Assembly: GCA_041649575.1 (NCBI GenBank)
Contig: JBAZMW010000004.1
Span: forward strand, 21,687 to 85,686
DNA length: 64,000 nt
Direction of reading: 5' to 3'
From: Patescibacteria group bacterium
GTDB taxonomy: Bacteria > Patescibacteriota > Patescibacteriia > 2-01-FULL-39-33
Part shown: piece after piece, positions 35,451-43,401 of the stretch
Position numbering within the stretch: the first letter of the stretch is position 1
Layout of the letters: the number at the start of each line of letters is the position of its first letter
Translations under genes and position numbers: made by a program
The notes under the pieces: generated by a model
What the model saw: only the letters and a program-made list of their open reading frames with translations
What the model was told of the DNA's origin: nothing
The model's database searches: none

Positions 35451-35547
35451 AAAATCAATCATGAATAAATATTTAATTTATTTATCTCTTAATTTTTTAT
35501 TCAGTTGTCAAAATACTTCTTGTCTTAGCTTCTCACCATATGCTCCC

Positions 35548-35624
35548 GTAGCCCGAAGCGCCTTGTTTCTTATAACTCGGGATTGCCGCGGTCGCCCGCC
35601 TCTGGCGGACTCCCTCGCAATGAC
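35548..35624. mobile_element. intergenic copy of the MITE-like element (degenerate 5' end)
   Basis: CGGGATTGCCGCGGTCGCCCGCCTCTGGCGGACTCCCTCGCAATGACA matches the 3' halves of the cca and polA copies. Confidence 0.6.
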
Positions 35625-36349
35625 AGTTACGAAAGGCGTTTTACTAATCAAGACGGTTCTTCCAACCAACGGGTGGTTAATCTGTTGATTGGAAATGTCT
35701 GTCTCGAATAGATAGACATTTGGCAAAGGAGTTGCGATCCGAGAGGCTGACGCTAACAAGCATGCGGCGCCAGACCTCGAGCCGGACAGCTATCCAACAA
35801 CCGTCACTCTAACGGTGGTTTGTTGCCCTATGAGTGATATTTAGCGAGGCGAGGATTTCTCTCTTCGATAGTCCTGGCTTCGCCAAACATTTTAAGGTGC
35901 TTGAGTTTAAAGTGCTGTTCCCAACTCTCTCTTTGGGAAGGCCGGGTTCAGAAGTGACAAGCTCTTCCGAGGCCCGGCTCTCCCGCCCGATCTAGAAAGT
36001 TTCAAAAAACTCTCAACCGGGCGGAGAGAGCTTCGAGGTGCTTCCTTTTTCTATTGGTCGCCGCCCTCTCTCCTTGGCGGCTTCCAAATCCAGTAAGGAA
36101 GCAATTGACTTTTTATTTAATGTTCTCTGGTCGGCTATCTTTTTCCTGTTTTCAGCTTACAAACCCATTATATCATATATAACAAATATTGTCAAGCATA
36201 TATGACTAAAAATTTAGAATTTATTATTATTTTCCTAAATTTATTAAAATATATTATCTAATTTATAATACTATTTTGTCACAAAAATTTGACATTTAAA
36301 TATTATGGGTGTATAATGAAAGTATCTATTTAATAAATCAACAAAGAAT

Positions 36350-37138
36350 ATGTACAAACAGTCATTAACTCAGGCCGGGCTGACCGAAGAAATGGCCCAA
36401 ATTTATGAGGTTTTGCTGAAAAACGGGCCACAAAATGCTGGAAAATTAGCCAAAAAAACCGGCTTAAAACGCGGTTTGGTTTACAAAACACTGGATCGCC
36501 TGTTAGAAAAAGGGTTGCTAGAAAAAAACGAGGCCGACAAAAAGGTGTCCCTATTTTCCGCCAATCATCCGCTAAAATTGCAAGAAATAGTAGAAACCAA
36601 GCAGCAAAGGGCAAAAAACGCCGCTTTGGCCCTGGATGGTGTTTTGCCAGCCCTGGTTTCCGACTACAACCTGCTAAGCGGCAAGCCAGAAGTTCTCTAT
36701 TTCGAAGGCGAGGAGGGTCTAAAAAAAATTGCTTTCGATTCCCTGTCGGCCAAAACGGAAATACTGCAATATATAGACAACGAGGCAGCCAATAAATATT
36801 GGCCAAATCTTAATGAGGAATATGTAAAAAAAAGAAAGGGCCTGGGCATTAAAAAACGCATGATTACCATTGACAGCGAGTTTATCAAAAAAAATAAAGC
36901 CAAGTACGATCGCAGTATTACCGATATTCATCTGATAGACGGAGAGCGCTACCCCTTTGCCACCTCCATGCAGATTTATGACAATAAAGTAAGCCATGTC
37001 ACTTTGAGCCAGAATAAAAAAATCGGCTTTCTCATCGAAGATGCCGAGATTGCTGGAATGCATCGGACTATTTTTGAGTATATGTGGGAAAAAACCAGTC
37101 CACTTTTTGAGCCTCAAACCGCCGCGGCCAATGATTGA
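36350..37138 (+). CDS. TrmB-family transcriptional regulator
   Basis: N-terminal wHTH (AGLTEEMAQIYEVLLKNGPQNAGKLAKKTGLKRGLVYKTLDRLLEKGLL) and a TrmB-type C-terminal domain. Confidence 0.65.
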   Translation: MYKQSLTQAGLTEEMAQIYEVLLKNGPQNAGKLAKKTGLKRGLVYKTLDRLLEKGLLEKNEADKKVSLFSANHPLKLQEIVETKQQRAKNAALALDGVLPALVSDYNLLSGKPEVLYFEGEEGLKKIAFDSLSAKTEILQYIDNEAANKYWPNLNEEYVKKRKGLGIKKRMITIDSEFIKKNKAKYDRSITDIHLIDGERYPFATSMQIYDNKVSHVTLSQNKKIGFLIEDAEIAGMHRTIFEYMWEKTSPLFEPQTAAAND

Positions 37139-39414
37139 GGCTGGGCGGCCAAATCGTTTCTCTCAATCACAACAAATTTTTCGCCGGCAATTTCCGTCTC
37201 GCCCACTTCCTTGAAACCGAACCGACTTTTATAAAAATCCAGCAGTTCCGGCCGGCGACCGTAAACAACCGCCTCAATAATATTTTCCCGGGCCGCCGAG
37301 TCAATGACTTCTTTGATCATGGCATTGCCGATTTTAAAACCCTGGGCTTCGGGACGAACATTAAAGGAGGCGGCATAGAGCCGGTTTTGGCCGCGCGGCT
37401 CCAGACGCAGAAAACAAATAATTTTTCTGTCATATCTAAGAATGGTAAAAACCGATTGAGACTTGGCAGAACCTTCTTCTGGGGAAACCGCCTCTTCAAA
37501 ATCACTAGAAACTTCTCTAAGCAGCTCTTCGGGGTAATCCTCTCTGTTGGCCAAAAAAATTCTAATCATCTCCTCTTTTTCCGAGGGCAAAAGATCGGCT
37601 GGCTGCCTGGTCTCCATACTAACCTTGGCCGCCTCTTTGAAATCAATCTCTTCTCCGGCTTCCAATAAAGCCCTGAAAGAAGCGGCGAACAGCAAAACGT
37701 CCGCTTTAATACTATCCATCTGGTCCAGAATTTCTGATGCCTCAAAACCGCGAGCTGCCTTCAGACAAAAATCATTTAAAACGTCCCTACCTCGAGACAA
37801 CAGGCTTGAGCGCACCTTATCTAAAACATCACCAGGAATATTTCTGCCAAACTCTTTGGCCACCAGCTCTATTGTCTCATCGGCTGTCTCGATGATTTCG
37901 ACATACTTGGCAAAAATTTTTTCCGCCACGGCTGGCGGCAACCTTTCGCCTAACTCCAGAATCTTGTTACCCATTTCTTGACCATATTCACAGGAAAGAA
38001 AAGTCTTAAATCCAGTCAAACCAAACCGAGAGGCAAACCGCCTAACTGGCTCCATTTTAACAGAGGACATGGTCTTAATGAATTGCAAAAAATGAAACTG
38101 CTCCCTCAGGGACAGGTTTGATAAATCAATATTTAGCTCTTGGCCTATTTTTTCACGCATGGATTTTTTTGACATCCACTTAAAATCCACCAATGCCTCT
38201 TCCCGCTGCCTACTCTCATCTTTGGAGCGACTGGCGGGTATAAAAACATCGGTGACAGACAATTTCCTGGAAAAAAAAGACTCTAACGACCTAAAAAGTT
38301 GGTTACGCTCGTACAGTAAGGCTGAGTCAGGACTAAAAAATACTTCTGTTTCGCCATTGGCTATCGCTAAATCAATTAAGTGCTGGGGAGGACGAATTTT
38401 ATCTTCAATAGAATCTATCTCTTGATTTAAACGGCAAATTTCATCAAAGTCTGACTCATCAGCGACATAAAGACCATGACGAGATTCCCAAGCGTAAATT
38501 CTGCCACTTAAAATAAAAGGTCGACGATTATTGTGCCTTGACTCTAGTAGTTCACCTTTTTCAAAATGGTTATATATTTCCTGAGCTCGCATTTTTAAAA
38601 AATAACTGCCCTCGTTTTTTTCTATGGCTTCCTTTAAAACCATTATAACTTTAGAGCCAGCTTTCTCGGAAAAAGAATAGTCCTGAGAAACCTCACATAG
38701 CCTCCTAATAAACTCTAAAAAAACAGCGGTACGAGAAAAATTCTTACTATTGGAAAAATCTAAATTATCAACTAAAACCTGATCATAAAGTTCGCTAAAA
38801 AAAGAATAGGCGTAGTTTAAACCATGCAGAACCTCGCTCTCCAAATCCGCGTCAGTGTCTGGCCGACAAATTAAATCCACTAAGCCTTCTATAAAAATGT
38901 CTGGGCGTATTGTCTGGGGATCCTGAAAAAGATACTGAAAAAATTTTCTACTAGCACTCGGGCTCTGGTGGTGAGTTTTAATAACAGCTTTAAAGGTCTT
39001 GTCAGCTATAGATTCATCTTTGGAGCCGTCCCTTTTAAAATCTCCGTGAAGCTGAAGCGCGCAATTCAAGTCCATCGCCAGAAGATCTTGCTCTGCCTCT
39101 GGCCTATCCTCGATTAAGGATAAACCCCTACTAATTATCGCCTCTACTATCTCTGGTGGCAATAAGTGTCTCTGACTATTTTGCTCTAATTCTGGCAGTA
39201 GCTTCTTAAAAAAATAGTCAAATGGCAGGGAATTAATTAAAACCAGTGCCTGATTTTTTTTAGTCTGATCTACAGGGGTTGTTTCTTGTCTATCCGCTAT
39301 AGATAGCAACAAACCCCTGCCCACCAAATAGTCAAACAAATTTTCTTCAAATTTTGACTCTTTTTGATCAGAACTTGCTTCAGCTTTATTTGCTATTTTT
39401 TTTTCGCCTTCCAT
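37114..39414 (-). CDS. large hypothetical protein (766 aa) with C-terminal GNAT acetyltransferase domain
   Basis: C-terminal about 150 aa show GNAT motifs (IIEAVVYG ... FYKSRFGFKEVGE); lies 4 bp downstream of smc on the same strand. Confidence 0.55.
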   Translation of the reverse strand: MEGEKKIANKAEASSDQKESKFEENLFDYLVGRGLLLSIADRQETTPVDQTKKNQALVLINSLPFDYFFKKLLPELEQNSQRHLLPPEIVEAIISRGLSLIEDRPEAEQDLLAMDLNCALQLHGDFKRDGSKDESIADKTFKAVIKTHHQSPSASRKFFQYLFQDPQTIRPDIFIEGLVDLICRPDTDADLESEVLHGLNYAYSFFSELYDQVLVDNLDFSNSKNFSRTAVFLEFIRRLCEVSQDYSFSEKAGSKVIMVLKEAIEKNEGSYFLKMRAQEIYNHFEKGELLESRHNNRRPFILSGRIYAWESRHGLYVADESDFDEICRLNQEIDSIEDKIRPPQHLIDLAIANGETEVFFSPDSALLYERNQLFRSLESFFSRKLSVTDVFIPASRSKDESRQREEALVDFKWMSKKSMREKIGQELNIDLSNLSLREQFHFLQFIKTMSSVKMEPVRRFASRFGLTGFKTFLSCEYGQEMGNKILELGERLPPAVAEKIFAKYVEIIETADETIELVAKEFGRNIPGDVLDKVRSSLLSRGRDVLNDFCLKAARGFEASEILDQMDSIKADVLLFAASFRALLEAGEEIDFKEAAKVSMETRQPADLLPSEKEEMIRIFLANREDYPEELLREVSSDFEEAVSPEEGSAKSQSVFTILRYDRKIICFLRLEPRGQNRLYAASFNVRPEAQGFKIGNAMIKEVIDSAARENIIEAVVYGRRPELLDFYKSRFGFKEVGETEIAGEKFVVIERNDLAAQPQSLAAAV

Positions 39415-39417
39415 ATT

Positions 39418-42180
39418 TTATTTCCCTATTTTTTCCGCCTCGGCTAATTTGAGCGACAAGAGCCGAGAAACACCGTCGCCTTGCATAGTGACACCATAAA
39501 GCACATTGGCGCGCGACATAATGGCCCGATTGTGGGTGATGACGATAAATTGAGTTTTATGGGCCAGCTCCTCGATGATATCGCTGAACTTGGCGGAGTT
39601 GTTTTCGTCCAGAGCCGCGTCTACCTCGTCAAAAAGAATGAAAGGCGAGGGATTGTTGGCAATGATGGCGCAAATTAAGGCCAGGGCGGTCATGGTTTTT
39701 TCCCCGCCGGAAAGCACGCTGACGCTTTTAATTTTTTTGCCTGGCGGACAGGCTTCGATATCAATGCCTATATTGGCCAAGAAAGATTTATCCTCGGGAC
39801 AAACCTCTTTTTTTTCTGGGGTAGCTTCTTTTAGCTCCTCTGCCGCCGTATTTTCTGGCAACGGAACAGAATTTTTCTGGGCGATTTCTTCGCGGATTAT
39901 TTCGGCTTCGGTTTGTTCTTCCTGTTTCTGCGTCAAAACCAATTTGGCGCCGCCGCCATCGAACAACTTTTTGAAATAACGCGAAAAATCCTGATTGATT
40001 CTTTTAAATTCTTCTTCGAATTGCTTTTTAATTAATTTGTCCAACTCCACCACCACCTTCTCCAAGTCTTTGATGGCTTTTTTCAGGTCGTCGCTTTGCT
40101 GACTAAGAAAATCATAACGAGTTTTGACTTCCTCATATTCTTTTTCCACCTCCGGATCGGTGCCGCCAATCAGTTCCAACTGTTTTTTGAGCCGGCTGAT
40201 TTTCAAAGACAGTTCGCCAATGTTGATATTTTTCAAACTACTGTCGACTTTGGGCCGATAGTCCTGGCCCAAATCTTGCCGCATGGCGGAAAAAAGGTCT
40301 TCTTTTTTGGTTTCTACCTTGGCCAATTCCACCCGCACCTCATTAAAGGCCAAATTGACTTTATTTAATTCCAATTGCAATTGGTGCATCTTTTCCTGCA
40401 GAATAAAAACTTCTTGTTTTTTGCTTTCCTCGGCTTCATTAAAGCTATCGATTTGCTCTTTAACTTCCGCCAATGATTTTTCGGTTTTGGCCAACTGGCT
40501 TTCTAATTCCTTTTTCTCTGCCGCCAGCCCTTTGGCCAGCTCGTCCTGATCTTTGGGGGCTAGCTGGTTTTTGGCCAGTTGTTCGGCGGTTTTATTCAGC
40601 TCGGACTCCAATTCTCCTACTTTATTCCGGAGAGAATTCTTTTGGGAAAGCGCCACTTCGACTTTAATTTTTATCTCGTTAATTTCGTTGACCAAGAGGT
40701 CTTTATCTTTCAAAAAACCTGACAGTTGATTTTGCAGAGCGGCAATCTCTTGTGACTGCTCCTGACGGTTGGCGCTGGAGAGACGCTGATAAAAAACTTC
40801 CATCTCCGCGAACAGATTATCGGCTTCGCGTTTCAAGTCTTCCAAAACTTCCAGGGTGGCAGTCCGCCTCAATTTATTAGTGAAATCACGCTGCAACAGA
40901 TAGATGCGATTGACGGTTTGGCGGATTTCTTTTTCGGAAATACCCAATTCGCTCTGAAATTCTTTTTGTAATTTCAATAAATTATCCTCCAACTCCCTGA
41001 ATTCGCTCAAAACCATTTCTTGCCGCGATCGCTTGCCGTTTAAATCCTCTTGCCAGCGCTTAATTTGTTTTTCTTGATCAGCGATCTGAACGCCAAAATT
41101 TTTAAGCTGCGCGTTTAATTCGTCCTGACGCCTTTCGAGCCAAGACAAGTCCTGCCGACCGACTTTCAGATATTCCACATCCAATTTGCCTTTGACTTCC
41201 GCCAGTGACTGGAGCAAAGAGTTTCTTAAAGCCAGCTTTTGATCGTAATCGTTTTGCAATTTATTGAACTCTTCTGCCCGTCCGCGCTGACGACCGATTT
41301 CTTCCAATTGCCTGTGTAGTAAGTCTATTTCCCGCTCCAGCCGCATGCCGCTTTTTTCTTTTTCGGTAAAAGAGCGGGCCAGCTCCTGATAACTAGCGTC
41401 TAAATCAAGCCAGAGGTGGCCGTAATAGTTCATTTGCCATTGCCGCAATTCTTTTTCTATCTCTTTGCGTTTTTGCAAACGATTGACCTGGCGCGTCAGT
41501 GATTTCAGGTGCGGCTCCAGCTCAACCAACAACCCCTTGACCTGTTCGATGTTTTCCCTGGATTTTTTTAGCTTACCAACCGAACGGTCGCGCTTGAGCT
41601 GAAACTGCTTGACACCGGTCGCCTCATCAAAAAATTCTTTTCTTTCCTGGGTCGAATAGTTAACCAAACGATCAACCATGCCTTGGCCGATGATACTATA
41701 GGTATTTTGGCCAAAGTTGGCTTTGGCCAAAAATATAATAATATCAAACAGCCGCACTTCATTTTTATTGAGTAAATATTGAGAGGAAGCGTCACGATAA
41801 ATTTTTCTGGTAATCGCCACTTCGGCATAGTCCACCGGAGCCGATTTGTCTTCATTGTTTAAATGCAGAGAAACTTCGGCCAAGCTCATTTGGGATCTGT
41901 TGGAGGAACCGGAAAAAATCACGTCGGTCGATTTTTTGCCACGCAGCAGCTTCAGCGACTGTTCGCCCAAAACCCAGCGCACGGCGTCAACCACATTGGA
42001 CTTGCCCGAGCCATTAGGGCCGACGATGGCTGTGACGCCGCAAATGCCTCGCGGCAACTGTCCGGTCCGCGACGAAAGGTGTGGGGCGATTTGGCAGCCC
42101 TGGCCGGGCGTGGGAAATTCCAACACCGTCTTTTGGGCAAAAGATTTGAATCCTTGGAGTTCGATACGCTGAAGATACAT
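39418..42180 (-). CDS. smc: chromosome segregation protein SMC
   Basis: N-terminal Walker A GPNGSGKSN, long coiled coils, hinge, C-terminal LSGGEKTMTALALICA/D-loop; about 25-aa GC-rich in-frame insert before the Walker A. Confidence 0.85.
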   Translation of the reverse strand: MYLQRIELQGFKSFAQKTVLEFPTPGQGCQIAPHLSSRTGQLPRGICGVTAIVGPNGSGKSNVVDAVRWVLGEQSLKLLRGKKSTDVIFSGSSNRSQMSLAEVSLHLNNEDKSAPVDYAEVAITRKIYRDASSQYLLNKNEVRLFDIIIFLAKANFGQNTYSIIGQGMVDRLVNYSTQERKEFFDEATGVKQFQLKRDRSVGKLKKSRENIEQVKGLLVELEPHLKSLTRQVNRLQKRKEIEKELRQWQMNYYGHLWLDLDASYQELARSFTEKEKSGMRLEREIDLLHRQLEEIGRQRGRAEEFNKLQNDYDQKLALRNSLLQSLAEVKGKLDVEYLKVGRQDLSWLERRQDELNAQLKNFGVQIADQEKQIKRWQEDLNGKRSRQEMVLSEFRELEDNLLKLQKEFQSELGISEKEIRQTVNRIYLLQRDFTNKLRRTATLEVLEDLKREADNLFAEMEVFYQRLSSANRQEQSQEIAALQNQLSGFLKDKDLLVNEINEIKIKVEVALSQKNSLRNKVGELESELNKTAEQLAKNQLAPKDQDELAKGLAAEKKELESQLAKTEKSLAEVKEQIDSFNEAEESKKQEVFILQEKMHQLQLELNKVNLAFNEVRVELAKVETKKEDLFSAMRQDLGQDYRPKVDSSLKNINIGELSLKISRLKKQLELIGGTDPEVEKEYEEVKTRYDFLSQQSDDLKKAIKDLEKVVVELDKLIKKQFEEEFKRINQDFSRYFKKLFDGGGAKLVLTQKQEEQTEAEIIREEIAQKNSVPLPENTAAEELKEATPEKKEVCPEDKSFLANIGIDIEACPPGKKIKSVSVLSGGEKTMTALALICAIIANNPSPFILFDEVDAALDENNSAKFSDIIEELAHKTQFIVITHNRAIMSRANVLYGVTMQGDGVSRLLSLKLAEAEKIGK

Positions 42181-42395
42181 TCAAATAAATTTAACTTTTA
42201 TTAAATCGGGCTTTAATCGCCTTGATAGTTTAAAGATTAAACTATAAAAAACCGGAGTTGTTCCTTTTATCTATTCTAACAGAAAATTCAACTTGACAAA
42301 ATAGCTGAAACAATATATAATGCCGGAGTTGCCCGAGAACTGTTCTTGGCCGCAGCATTAAACCGTGGAGAAGTTTTGGAGGAGGGAAGACGCCC

Positions 42396-43235
42396 ATGGC
42401 AATATCCGCCAACAATGGCGCCAACTCAATGCCAGCGCCGCTACTAGAAAGGCAGGAAGCGGTACTTAAGTTCTTTCCCAACAGAAAGCCGTCATCCAGA
42501 CTTGATAGCAGCCCGTCTATCTCTGGACACGAAGGCATCGTGGTCTTTCCTGACAAGGAGCTTGGGCGAGCGATCGCTTCACAATGCTTGGTTGGCAAGA
42601 GTCTGCAGATCATGCTACAAGTCTACAAAACCGCAAGAGGGACCCACGTCTGGACCGCCAGCAAACACCCCCGAAAGAATCTGGTACTTCAAACCGCCGA
42701 CCTTGGCGGAAAAGAAGTGGCGGTCATCATCGACGGGCAAAACCTGCTGGGGTCCATGAGACGACTCGGGCTGAAGTCAATGGTTGACACTATTAGCAGG
42801 GTTCTGCGACCATTCAGGCCGAAGCTTATCAATCTTTACCTGGGAGCCAACGACCTTATACAACTACTTCCCGCTGACAGGACAGCACTCCATTCCGGCG
42901 CAAGGATTGGTGAAACGCAGTTGACACTCTTCACTGTGGAGACTCGGCGCGTGGCCGACGATAACGGTACCAGAATGAAGAACAATATCGACGGCAGTAT
43001 ACTGCCGATCCTGGGAGAGCTGACAAACGACAGATCTTGCGAAGGCCTAATACTCTTTACGGGCGACAAGGATTTCAGCACCGGCGTGGAGCTTTGGATG
43101 GGTATTGGCGAACAATCACACCGCCCGGGCAGACCGGCCATTGTGGTCTCGGCCGATCCCATGCTTAGCACCGAACTGCGAGAGGCCATGAACCACCCCA
43201 GAGGGAACCTGATCTTTTTGGAAGACCTGTGTTGA
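42396..43235 (+). CDS. NYN/LabA-like PIN-domain protein
   Basis: VAVIIDGQNL and ILFTGDKDF blocks typical of NYN domains; RBS GGAGGAGGG; about 54% GC. Confidence 0.55.
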   Translation: MAISANNGANSMPAPLLERQEAVLKFFPNRKPSSRLDSSPSISGHEGIVVFPDKELGRAIASQCLVGKSLQIMLQVYKTARGTHVWTASKHPRKNLVLQTADLGGKEVAVIIDGQNLLGSMRRLGLKSMVDTISRVLRPFRPKLINLYLGANDLIQLLPADRTALHSGARIGETQLTLFTVETRRVADDNGTRMKNNIDGSILPILGELTNDRSCEGLILFTGDKDFSTGVELWMGIGEQSHRPGRPAIVVSADPMLSTELREAMNHPRGNLIFLEDLC

Positions 43236-43401
43236 AACCAGTCTGCGCTATAACACCCGGCCGACTCTGGCAAGAGTCTGGCCGATTTTTTTTATTAAAA
43301 AACGCCAAGACAATCTAAATTCCGAAGCCTGACTTAAAATTTGTAAATTCCTGAATTTCAACTAAAATGCTATAATACAGCCAATTAAGCAACCAATAGC
43401 T

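Noticed and set aside
42242-42613. 123-aa minus-strand ORF upstream of and overlapping the NYN-domain gene
   Set aside because: It overlaps the better-supported plus-strand NYN gene, which has a strong GGAGGAGGG RBS and conserved NYN motifs, and it has no RBS of its own.
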